In this document: in pieces, positions 1 through 11,591 of the stretch | How positions within the stretch are numbered: position 1 is the stretch's first letter | How the letters are laid out: each line of letters begins with the position of its first letter | NCBI GenBank assembly: GCA_964016885.1 | Contig: OZ024741.1 | Span: 336,908,001-336,972,000 of the forward strand | Source of the DNA: Eledone cirrhosa | Taxonomy: Eukaryota | Direction of reading: 5' to 3' | Length of the DNA: 64,000 nucleotides | Program-made: the position numbers and the translations under genes | Notes under the pieces: model-generated | The model's database searches: none | Told to the model about the DNA's origin: nothing | Seen by the model: only the letters and a program-made list of their open reading frames with translations

Positions 1-545
1 ATATAAACAAACGTATTTATTTCACGAGGCTGGATAAGGATAAATATACATCAAATGTATAAGAAACCTAGAGCAAATTCCGAGCAACGCCGGGCCATTC
101 TGCTAGTCTAAACTATAATAAAGTAAGAAGTGCGGGACTGCGTACGGTTTATAATTTTTTATGCCCTTAGTAAAATAAGTTGGATTACTTTGAATAAGTA
201 ATGAATGAATATTACATAATTTATCTACTAACTTTCGTGGCTGTTCATTAAACATATTTTATTACTTATTTAAAGATTCACTTCTTTAAAGTTTTCAAAT
301 GTTCAACACTTCCAGTTACCGATCGTTTAAATAAATATTCCTATATTTCTGTCACTAATCTAAACTATAATAAAGTAAGAAGCGGGGGACTGCATAAGGT
401 TTATAATTTTTTATCCCATTAGTAAAATAAGTTGGATTACTTTGAATAAATAATGAATGAATATTACATAATTTATCTACTAACTTTCGTGGCTGTTCAT
501 TAAATATATTTTATTATTTATTTAAAGATTCACTTCTTTAAAATT
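1..545 (+). mobile_element. Non-autonomous Helitron pieces: a 3' end (hairpin + CTAG at 103-106) joined to two tandem 5' ends starting TC at 107 and 359
   Basis: ccgagc-aac-gccgg...ttctgCTAG|TCtaaactataataaag. About 185 bp repeated with a 252-bp period. Same family as 51926-52627. Confidence 0.7.
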
Positions 546-643
546 TTATATATATATAGTTGTGTATAATGGTAGCTATGGTGCTTCCGTAGGCGGTGTG
601 CCAAAATTAGCACTCGATATTCAGCAGAGTAGAGTGTAGATAG

Positions 644-959
644 TATAAAGAAAACGAAAAATCAGTGATGCATCTGGACTTAGTTTATTGCGTATTACAA
701 ATGTTTCGCCGGCAGGTAGCTTGAGACATGGTCCTTGTATGGATCTAGCTGATTCTACTTCTGCGGGTTCTTTCAGACACGAGTGTTTCGTCTGGATAAA
801 ATTTGCTCCAGACGAAACACCCATGTCTGAAAGAACCCGCAGAAGTAGAATCAGCTAGATCCATACAAGGACCATGTCTCGAGCTACCTGCCAGCGAAAC
901 ATTTGTAACACGCAATAAACTAAGTCCAGATGCATCACTGATTTTTCATTTTCTTTATA
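644..959. mobile_element. Fold-back element (about 153-bp arms, 10-nt loop) carrying the 3' half of a hammerhead; probable Penelope-like inverted pLTR remnant
   Basis: Arms 644-796 and 807-959 are near-perfect reverse complements, which explains the twin ORFs 621-824(-) and 803-1078(+). The centre reads gtctgga-taaaatttgc-tccagac-GAAAC-acccat-GTC. Flanked by (TA)n/(CA)n. Confidence 0.65.
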
Positions 960-1053
<94 letters not shown>

Positions 1054-2037
1054 TGATAATCAAAAGATATTGCATTAGATAATTCAAGTGTATAATTATA
1101 TAAAACAAGAAATATCTTAAATACTTTTTTAAAAATTGATTAAGAAAGAAGACAAAATAATTTAATAACAACAAGAGGTTCACAAAACAGTTGTATATAA
1201 ACATTGAAGTGTTGAAATTAATCAAACTATGAAAACTGTATGTTTTTAACTTCATCTTTCTTTCACAATATTTCTAATATATAATAAATAAAGGATAACA
1301 TAATCAAATTAAGATATTGATCTTCAAAGAAATGTAGCTTAATGAGAAAAGAAAAATATATATATATAAAATGTTTTCAAAAACTGAGAAAGGCTCCATT
1401 AATCCTGACACAGCTCCTATAATTTGATCTAATCTGCCAGTGTAGTCTGCAAAGGATTTCACACAAAATGGTGAAGTTTTGAACCTCCGTCGGTTCTAAT
1501 GAGGAGTTTTTCAGTTGTTTGATCAATCAATTGAAACAGCCAACTCATAGAATGTAAAATAATCGTGATAATTATTCACTTTGTTCTACACAAGGGGTTT
1601 TCACCCTTTTTTACATAATTGCGGCACTTTCACATGGAAAAATTTTCCACCTCCCGCTTGTGTAGTAAATATTCAAAAGCATACCAAAAATATTTAATAA
1701 AAGTTTGTTACTGGTTTGTTATTCCTGATTTTATTTTTATTTTTCTATACAGGTTTTAGCATATCTCCTTTGAATATATTTTTCAGGTGGCATATGTTGA
1801 AATACCTTCTTAATACTCAAAATCCTATATCGTCCACCAAAATTTCCAATCTGCCACCCTTTTCTATTCAGTTGCTCATTCCCACCTAACAGTTTAAACT
1901 TGTCACTGGTGGGTAAGATTACCCAAGTTGGGAAACCCTGATTTACATCAACATGATGATATCATGAGGCATTACCACTTTGTTGTAGACCAACATAGTG
2001 ATATCATGAGGAATATATACTTTATTTATCTGTGTGT

Positions 2038-2260
2038 TCAACCCTTTCACATTTAAACCAGCTGTATCCGGCCAGAATTCCCTTCCTGTTGAGACTGGAT
2101 GTAACAAGCCACTTATACCAACGTTAAGTTATTGTTCTCAAAATAAATATTAACATCATCAAAATCTTATAAATTCAATATTATGTGAGATAATTATGTG
2201 AGATAAAGCCTTTACCACAAAAATACAATAGTAGAGTAATGTAAATCGCTAAAGAGTTAA
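2038..2260. mobile_element. piggyBac-type MITE
   Basis: tcaa-cccttt ... aaagag-ttaa ends. Inverted homolog at 29290-29505. Confidence 0.6.
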
Positions 2261-2479
2261 ATGTTTTCACTTTCTTACTAATCATGTTTATGGAAGTAAA
2301 TGTAATCTGCATGCCACCACCACCACAACCATAAATGAAATTTCAGAGTCAGTCTGCCTCATGGTCCTAGTCAACTGGATGGAGAAGACATTGCCCTTCA
2401 GGATGGCAAAGGAGACATAATGGAACAGCCATTCCACCTTGCGAGGCTTACACCTGTGTGTAGCCAACTCTACTCTGAT

Positions 2480-2668
2480 AGTAATTGTTTCTACTTTAGG
2501 CACAAGGCCAGCAATTACCCAGTGCATTACTGGTACTTTATTTTATCGACCCCGTAAGGATGAAAGGCAAAGTCAACCTCGGCGGGATTTGAACTCAGAT
2601 CGTAAAGAGACGTAACTATGCTGGAAAGCATGGCGTCCGACTCTCTACCGATACTGCCAATCCACCTA
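2480..2668 (-). mobile_element. SINE family A (tRNA head, Nin/Deu-like core, (ATT)n tail)
   Basis: Reverse complement: ggattggcagtatcggtagag...gagttcaaatccc...gcctttcatccttacggggtcgataaaataaagtaccag. Confidence 0.85.
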
Positions 2669-4009
2669 ATGAACAGGGATATGGTCCAGGGGACAAGAAT
2701 GCTGGATGTCTCCCCTGATATGTGGAATGGAAGGGAATAGAATGGTTTTGATTACAAGGGTTCCAGCTGTTTGATCAATGGAACATTTCTGCTTGTAAAA
2801 GTAACATGCAAGTGGCTGAGCATTCCACAAACACATGTGTTCTTAACCTATTTCTCAGGGAGATTCAGCATGACACAGTGTGTGACAAAGCTAGTTTTTT
2901 GGATTACATGAATTAAATGAATTCCTCACACCATCACCACCATCAGCACCACCACAATTACCCATTTTGATACCAACCCACCTGAAACCACCTCTTGTCA
3001 TTTGTTAGACATAGCAATATCTAATAACCTTTGTTAAGTCACGTTCCAGCTTAATAATTATAATGTTAGTTTATATTACAAAATTCTTAATTATTTTCAA
3101 AATTATTTGACAAGTCATAAGCAGGGTCTTTCATTAGAAATATGGCAAAGAAAAGGTTACTTACGTCTCAGATAATTATACTGTGAGAATAACAACTGAA
3201 AGAGAGAAATACTTAAAGAAGAATGGTTACTGAATTGTGCATATATATATATATTATGTTTATAACAAAGTACTTCAAATTATTATATAGTGAGAATAAT
3301 AACTGAAGAATAGATGCTCAATAGTGTATGTATATAATGTATTTGTAAAAGTGCATAACATTGTGAATGTAGTTCACCGACCCCCAGTTCTGCTTCTGCA
3401 ACCTCCAATTTAGAAATTATTGGACTAGAAGAATGGTTTACTATGTGTTCTGATGAACAATATTACAATAGTGGTTTGTATCCGCTTTACATAAATAATG
3501 ATTGGTGGACTGCGTTGTAAATTAAATACAGGTGTACTGAAACAGTTAATGCTGGGGAAATAATATATAGTTTGTTACACTGGAAATAAATTTGAAAGGA
3601 TGCAAAAGCACCTGCACTTCAATTCACTTGGCGTACACATGCAAGCTATTGAAAATGACAGAAGTCATCTAACTTAGTAGTTATCTATTGCTTAATAATC
3701 ACAACAACAGCTTCATTGACAGTTAATTGATCAATATTACAGCTGCAATATAATCTTTAAGTCTACAGATCTCCAATGATAAGTTGTATTTTGTCTCCTC
3801 TTTGATGTATAAAATTTCCCCAGTAAATGAAATTCGAAATAAAAAAAAATAAAAAATCCAATGTATATATTTATATACTGTAAAGTGAAAGAAGAAAAAA
3901 ATTGCTCATAAAATTTCTTTTTGTTAAGTGTTTCACTAACGTCTGAAAAGGCATCAATTATATTCAAAATGTACACACCTTAGTTTTTGTCATATCTCTA
4001 TCTTCCTCC

Positions 4010-4640
4010 TTCTCATCATCATCATCATCATCATCATTGCCACTACCACTATCATCATCATCACTGCAATCATCATCACCATCGATACCATCATTATCAT
4101 CACCATCACCACTGCCATCATCGTTATCAGCATCCTGCTATTGCTGTTATCATCATTATCATTGCCACCATCACTATCACCATCACCATTGCCATCATCA
4201 TTATCACCACTGCCATTATCACCATCACCATTGCCATTATCATTATCACCACTGCCATTATCATTATCACCACTGCCATCATCATTAACCACCACTGCCA
4301 TCATCATTAACCACCACTGCCATCATCATTAACCACCACTGCCATCATCATTATCACCACTGCCATCATCATTATCACCATGGCCATCATCATTATCACC
4401 ACTGCCATCATCATTACCACCACTGCCATCATCACCATCACCACTGCCATCATCATTACCACCACTGCCATCATCATTATCACCACTGCCATCATCGTTA
4501 TCACCACTGCCATCATCACCATCACCACTGCCATCACCACTGCCGTCATCATTATCATTACCATCACTACTACCATCATCACTATCATTACCCCACTATT
4601 GGTGTCATTATCGTCATCATCACTATCATCATTGTAATCA
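4010..4640. repeat. (CAT/CAC)-derived compound repeat with 21-22-bp units (atcatcattatcaccactgcc)
   Basis: Directly visible. Confidence 0.92.
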
Positions 4641-5980
4641 TGATCAGAGTCACAGAGTTCCTGAAAGAAAACCAAGTGTCACAGTTACAACCCTTCCCTC
4701 CCTCACTAAAATATGAAAAAATATAATATGATAAAATATAAAATAATATGATAAAATATAAAATAATATGATAAAATATAAAATAAAAAATGTTTGTTTG
4801 GTAAGAGGCAGTAAGTCAGTTGAATTAACCATTTTGATACCAAGCTGCCTAAAACATTCCTCGTTCTCTGATATAAAGCTGTTTATTTTGAAGTTTTTAT
4901 ATTATCTAAAAAATCTTCCATCATAATTTTATGTAAGAACCTTTATTATGTTTCAACCACCATCTTAATAATACATGATTATTTTCAAAATGATTTGAAA
5001 ATCAAAATAGCAAATGTAACCACACACACATATAACCACCACCATCATCATCATCATTTAATGTTTTTCCTGCTAGCAAGGATTATATGGGTCTTCATGG
5101 ACTAAGTCAGCATTCATTTGATCATGATACCAGCATTAGGGAGGCTGTTGTTTCTTTGACATGGTTGAAGGGTCCTCATCACCCTTTGGCAGCTTTCTAC
5201 GACTGGAAACCCTTCCTATCCCCAACCACTTTACAGAGTGTACTGGGTGTGTTTTATCATGGCACTAACACTATAGAAGTTGACACTACTTTGACATAAC
5301 TGGAAAGTCATTCTGACCATTTGTTTGGTAGGTTTTCTACGGCATGATGCCCATCTAACCACAACATATTTCATGAGAAATATGGTAATGAAAGGGTTAA
5401 CCATGCTGCCATGTCTATAGAGGAAGAATTTATCAATTAACTTGCCAACATAATATTAAATTGTTGCTGGTTCACCATTGACCCTTTCTGTTCCCATCCC
5501 TCACCAACCAACTCCTCTTCTCATAATCCCCACCAACCCACCCATTCTCAGCCCCCACCGACACCTCCACTCACAACGCCCACCCAATTCACCCCACCCC
5601 ACCCTCCTTTCCATTCCCACCATCACCCACCAACCTCTCACTCACAAACCATCACCAACCCCTCCACTCCCATCACCCACCTACTCCGCCACTCTGTATC
5701 TTCTATGCTATTAAACATTGATTATATGTCATATTGATTATGCTGTCCCTTTGGCTGATTACTGATTCCTATTTCGATATTGCTAGCACCATTAGAATAC
5801 ACTTTCTCTCTACTACAAACCAACAAAGGTTACTTTACTAGTTATGCTTAACCTGCTAGAAATAGCAGCCAAATTTTCTTCAAACAACACTATCTTACTT
5901 TCTTTAACTCTTTTGATACGAAATTGCCTGAAACCTCCTCTGGTTCTTTGAAACAAAGCCAATTATTTTAAAGTAAACTA

Positions 5981-6174
5981 CCGTATATATTTGAATATAA
6001 GCCGAGGAATATGTGACCAAGAAAAATCGATGGTAGAAGGGACTTGGTTTATATTTGAGGGTCAATATTTTGATGATTTTCACCAACTTCAAATTCCATA
6101 TAAATAAGGATTGAATTTTTGCCCATTCCTCAGACATAAAATAGTGGGGTTGGCTTATATTCGAATATATATAG
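5981..6174. mobile_element. Tc2/pogo-like MITE
   Basis: TA-ccgtatatatttgaatataagcc ... ggcttatattcgaatatatatag terminal inverted repeats. Confidence 0.65.
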
Positions 6175-6761
6175 TGTATTTATCTAAAAACATTCTAGCA
6201 TAATTTTATGTAATAATTCACATAATTTATGTAATAAAACACCAGCTTATTAATGAGAAGGTTAGTTATATTACTAAAACCTTTCAAATTCTTGATTATT
6301 TTCACGATCATTTGCAAATTATAGGTAGTCTTTCATTAGGAATAAGGAAATGAAAGTGTTGAAGTCTTTCTATTTATCTAAAATCTCCATCATAGTTCCG
6401 TATAAAACCTTTTGTTAAATTATGTTCCAAACGCCAGCTTGATAATGAGAAAGTTAGTTATATTGTTAAATACCTCCTAATTCTTTGGTTCTATGATACA
6501 GAACTGTTTATTTTAAAATACTTATATTTATCTAAAGATATTTGATTATAGTTTTATAACAGAAACTTGGTTAAATTATATTCCAAACATTAGATGTATA
6601 AGTTAGTTATTTTACTAAATCCTTCCGAATTCTTAATTATTTTAAAATTTATTTGAAAACCATAAACTTTGACATTCATTAGAAATAAAGTAAACCAAAG
6701 AATTAAATAGGAAGAATACATTAGATAAGGATTGAAAATTATAGGTTGGTTATCACTGGAA

Positions 6762-7255
6762 TGGTGGTGTGTGGCTCAGTGGTATGGGTGTTGGACTTAT
6801 GATCATAATGCTGTGGGTTTGATTCCTGGATTTGGTTGTGTGGTGTGTTCTTGAGCAAATGACTTCATTTCACATTGCTCCTAGGAACACTGTCTGATGG
6901 CCAGTAACACTAACTACAATACTGTACATTAAATAATGTTGTCCTAGATAGTAAAGGCATGTGACCTTGTAGTATGGGTGTTGGGCTAATGATCATAATG
7001 CTGTGAGTTTCATTCCTGGACTGGGTTGTGTGTTGTGTTCTTGAGCAAAACATTTCATTTCACATTTCTCCAATATACTCAGATGAAAATGCATACCAGC
7101 GATAGTTGGGGTTTTAACCCTGTGATGGACTGGTGTATTGTCCCAGGAGGGTGTCTTGAACCCTCCTGGGGTTTTGCTATTTTGATTTTACACTATGGAA
7201 ACCGGGATAAGCACTGGCCTGATGAGCTTTTGGGCCTGTGACAAACTGTAGACTG
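6762..7255 (+). mobile_element. SINE family B, one partial and one full copy
   Basis: Aligns to 23053-23337. Confidence 0.75.
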
Positions 7256-8913
7256 TTAAATATCACTGGAATATCTTTAATCAGAACTGACATTGATGGT
7301 GGGGACTAAACAACAAGATATCTTTAGTAAGCATATATTTTTCTCTCTCTCTCCTTTCTACTTATCTCACTGCTATCCCTCACACTCTTTGTGCTCTTTA
7401 ATGAAATTTTATTTCCACTTGTTCTATTCCCCAACCTATAAACCTACTTTTTAGTGAGAGGTGAATGGGGAGAAAGGTATGATCTGCATTCCAGACATGA
7501 CCAAATTATTATTATTATTAAAAAGCATTGTTAGCTTTACCTTTCATCCTTACAGGGTCGATACATTAATTGACTAACCCCTCTCCCCAAATTGATGGCC
7601 TTGTGCCTATAGAAGAAATCACTATTAAATATTGTCATCTCAAAAATTATCAACAAAGCATGATTGTATTTGAAATTCATAAGAATAATTTAAAAAACTC
7701 GAATGCAAGGAATAGTTGTTAAAAGAGTATTCCATGCTTTTGTCATTGACGACATTCGGCTGTTTTAACAGCTATTCCTTGTGTTCGAGTTTTTAAATTA
7801 TTCCTATGAATTTATTATTTTTTCCCAAAATAGTATATCTCAGACAATCTAATTTATCCATTTTAAAGATGGTAGGGTGTATGCAAGATGGTAAGGTGAT
7901 CATAAGATAGTTGTGTGTATGTAACATGGTCGATTTCACAGATCCATTAGAGCATTGGATATTTGTTCCAGGTCTCTGCATTCTCAGTTCAAATTCCGCC
8001 AGAGTCGACTTTACAATCCATCCTTTTGAGGTTCATAAATAATGTACCAGCCTACTGTCAGCCCCCACTGACACCTCCACTCTCAACCCCTGTCATATCC
8101 TAGATGTTCTGCTGGATTAAGAGATGGATGGAGGGAGGGTTGAAAGTGTATCAATATCTACTCATCACTGCATGTGCTCTTACAATAACAACAACAAAAA
8201 CATGGTATATACTACCAAATCATACTCAATTGTAAGTGACGGCTGAAAAGGATGTGTGTATGTGTGCAGGAAATTTGGCTGCTATTTCTGACAGGTTGAC
8301 TAGCTACATAGAAGCTCACTCATTGGTTCACGATCATATAATAGCTGCTTACATAAGCATGGAGACAGAGGTTTTAGAAAGAGAAACACGAAAGTGTAAT
8401 GTTCATAGCTCTGCACTTAAGCAGTTCCAAATGGATGATCAAAATTTTCAACTGAAACTCTATCAGCTGTAAAATAACCAGTGAACTGTAACGCTAACCA
8501 CAAGTGACAATATAATACCCTCTTAAGTGCAGGTGAAATAATAACACCACCATCTACCTCCTCTCTATTTTAGTGTAATGCCAAACAAAATATCCAGCCA
8601 TGAAATTTTCAAATTATTTGTGAAGCACATACCCCTACTAGGCATATCATCCTCATCATCATCATCATATATATATATATATATATAAATATACACACAC
8701 ATACATATTATATAGATATATACGTATATATATATGTATGTATACAACCAAACAGTGAGTGTGTTCTGTTATTAATTCTGGCAATATTACGCAAATATGA
8801 CCCTCCCCAAATATAACAATATGTATGTATATATATATATATATATATGTATATGTATATGTATGTATATATATATATGTATATATATGTATTTGTATAT
8901 TTATATATATATA

Positions 8914-8966
<53 letters not shown>

Positions 8967-9057
8967 GTATGTATATATATATATGTATATATATATATGT
9001 GTATATATATATATATACAATATATTAAAATGGAAACTATATTTATAAAACCATAAT

Positions 9058-9122
9058 TATTTTATTATATATATTTCAAGAGCAACCAAGGCAGTCTTGG
9101 TGCGCTTTCATCAGATAAAATA
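9058..9122 (-). ncRNA. Type I minimal hammerhead ribozyme motif (mirror copy)
   Basis: Reverse complement reads tattttat CTGATGA aagcgcaccaagactgccttggttgctctt GAAA tatatata ataaaata. Confidence 0.8.
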
Positions 9123-9235
9123 CAAAATTTGTTTTATAAATAGTGACATAACCATGGTAAATTCGCTATCCAGCAAATTTTCAACCGTTAAGGTTGTTTT
9201 CCACAGTTATGTCACTATTTATAAAACTAATTTTG

Positions 9236-9300
9236 TATTTTATCTGATGAAAGTGCACCAAGACTGCCTTGGTTGCCCTTGAAATATATATAATAAAATA
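9236..9300 (+). ncRNA. Type I minimal hammerhead ribozyme motif
   Basis: Stem I tattttat/ataaaata; CTGATGA 9244-9250; stem II aagtgcaccaag-actgc-cttggttgccctt; GAAA 9281-9284; palindromic mini stem III ATATATAT; predicted AUA cleavage triplet ending 9292. Confidence 0.8.
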
Positions 9301-9430
9301 ATTATGGTATTTTAAATATAGTTTCCATTTTAATATATTGAATATTTACTCCAGTAACTGTTGAGTGCTCTATATCAGTTATAAACTTTTAAGTTTGTTG
9401 GAATCCCAACAAATTAAATATAACTTCTGC

Positions 9431-9437
9431 ATGTATA

Positions 9438-9480
<43 letters not shown>

Positions 9481-9525
9481 GTATATATATATATATATGT
9501 ATATATATATGTACATATATATATG

Positions 9526-9556
<31 letters not shown>

Positions 9557-9661
9557 GAATATATATATATATATGTATATATATATGTGTGTATATATAT
9601 ATATATGTATATATATATGTATATATATGTATATATATATATATGTATGTATATATATATG

Positions 9662-9744
<83 letters not shown>

Positions 9745-9773
9745 GTGTATGTATATATATATGTATGTATATA

Positions 9774-9830
<57 letters not shown>

Positions 9831-9905
9831 ATATATATATATATGTGTATATATATATATATGTGTATATATATATATATGTATATATATATATGTATAT
9901 ATATA
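9431..9905. repeat. (TA)n/(TATG) microsatellite, representative of many tracts (8820, 10362, 37470, 37975, 38485, 40335, 42135, 42553, 43390, 53950)
   Basis: Directly visible; source of the YIYI/MYIY pseudo-ORFs. Confidence 0.97.
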
Positions 9906-10078
9906 AAATACAATATGTTGAAAAGGTAACACGCCAGAGTGAGATATACAGTGCGCTATCCATAAAACAGGGAAAAACCACCAGTGTATGGAATCTATAA
10001 CCTATGAAAGGCAGACTATAGACACGATAATTAAAAATATAAATTAAAGCGTAAATAAATACCTCTATAACTATATAA

Positions 10079-10156
10079 CACACGTACAAATCCAAAGAGA
10101 TGTTTCACCAGTAATTCGCTGACAGAAACGGAACAACCTCGGCTCATCAACGCGTG
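10079..10156 (-). ncRNA. Hammerhead-like motif with C3U core variant
   Basis: Reverse complement: cacgcg TTGATGA gcc...ggt GAA ACA tctctttggatt TGT A cgtgtg. All three stems can form. Confidence 0.55.
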
Positions 10157-10361
10157 CAAGGCTACACATTTCAGACAACACTAAGAGAATTCTAAAAGTG
10201 ACCGCCCAGCCACACGTGGGAGAGAGAAGTCACAGCGCGCCCAAGGGCAATGAACCAGTGGCCTCTGAGGGACGAACCGCCAGAAAGGGCAGCCCAAAAC
10301 CACTCAGAGAAGTGTGCTCAACCAAACAGAGAGATAGGAAAGACTGTTATAAATTATCGTG

Positions 10362-10490
<129 letters not shown>

Positions 10491-10496
10491 TATATG

Positions 10497-10715
10497 TGTG
10501 AAGGCATGTGGCTGAGTGGTTAGAGAATTGGATTCACAATCTTGAGGTTGGGAGTTCGATTCCTGGACCGGGCGATGCGTTATGTCCTTGAGCAAGACAC
10601 TTTATTTCTTGTTGCTCCTTCTACCTGGAGTTGCGACCGATAGATAGTATTAGAAATTGGAAAGACCAATGGAAACATTGTTTCCTAGGTCTGATTTGAC
10701 GAAAGTCGATCGATC
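10497..10715 (+). mobile_element. tRNA-derived SINE with a structured 3' tail
   Basis: A box tggctgagtgg, B box gagttcgattcc, central gtccttgagcaagacact, tail ...gatttgacgaaagtcgatc. Confidence 0.8.
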
Positions 10716-10825
10716 CAAAAATATATATATGTATATATATATATATATATATGTATTTATATATATATATGTATTTATATATATATATATGTGTATATAT
10801 ATATGTATATATATATGTATATATA

Positions 10826-11270
10826 TCATCATCACCGTTTAATGTCCATCTTCCATGCTTGCATGGGTTTGGATGGGAGTTTTCCCACTTGAGGCAAGAT
10901 TGGTTGTCTTGCTCGTATAGGACTGTCTGGCAGGTTTTCTATGGCTGGATGCCCTTCCTAATACCAACCACATTTACAGTGTGGACTGGAAGGTTTTTAC
11001 CGTGTTACCTACACGGCCACATTACAGCGTGGACTGTGTGTTTTTTTGTTTTTTTTCGGCCTCAATGTTGTGGTACCAACATAACTTTACATCGAAAGGG
11101 GTGGTGTGGATGGGGTGGGGTGGTGCGGCGAGGGTGTATTTTTGTTAGAGGTGCCTACTGACTGTAGGTTTCGCTTTGTACTTAGGAAAGGCGGGTCTTC
11201 TGTATTACTGTGTAGCGCCAAAGATCTCGATCCAGTGACATTGTCTTGGAGAGCTGTAAGTGTGTGGCTA
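10826..11270 (-). mobile_element. Short 3' fragment of RTE subfamily A (ORF end + 3'UTR)
   Basis: Aligns to 11592-12070 and 15990-16470 (ctggcaggttttctatggctggatgcccttccta...ccagtgacattgtcttggagag). Confidence 0.85.
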
Positions 11271-11371
11271 CCGTCTATTTTTAATGTATATATATATATA
11301 TATGTATATATATATGTATATATATATATATATGTATATATATATCTATATCTATATATATATATATATAA

Positions 11372-11590
11372 GGAATGATCGACTTTCGTCAAATCAGACC
11401 GAGGAAACAATGTTACCATTGGTCTTTCCAATTGCTAATACTATCTATCGGTCGCAACTCCAGGTAGAAGGAGCAGCGTGAAATAAAGTGTCTTGCTCAA
11501 GGACATAACGCATCGCCTGGTCTGGGAATCGAACTCATAACCTCACAATTGCAAATCCAATTCTCTAACTACTCAGCCACACGCCTTCAC
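11372..11590 (-). mobile_element. Inverted copy of the 10497 SINE
   Basis: Reverse complement aligns over about 215 bp (twin ORFs 10657+ and 11087- both begin MERPM). Confidence 0.82.
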
Positions 11591-11591
11591 T

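Larger units (their letters stand above)
9018..9340. mobile_element. Fold-back element (about 135-bp arms, about 53-nt spacer) with a hammerhead in each arm
   Basis: 9018-9152 is the near-perfect reverse complement of 9206-9340. Embedded in (TA)n. Confidence 0.8.

Noticed and set aside
621-1078. Two nearly identical short proteins on opposite strands
   Set aside because: A consequence of the DNA palindrome; non-ATG start or microsatellite tail, and no coding evidence.
3987-4675. His-rich, Met-rich and Asp/Gly-rich ORFs
   Set aside because: Trinucleotide-derived repeat that is open in most frames.
9365-10095. Long YIYI/MYIY ORFs, and all similar ORFs at 8.8, 37-38.9, 40.3, 42-43.7 and 54 kb
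   Set aside because: They are translations of (TA)n microsatellites, which lack stop codons, and they appear in several frames on both strands.
10497-10580. tRNA genes at the SINE heads
   Set aside because: A/B boxes are present but the cloverleaf is incomplete, and each continues into a SINE body.
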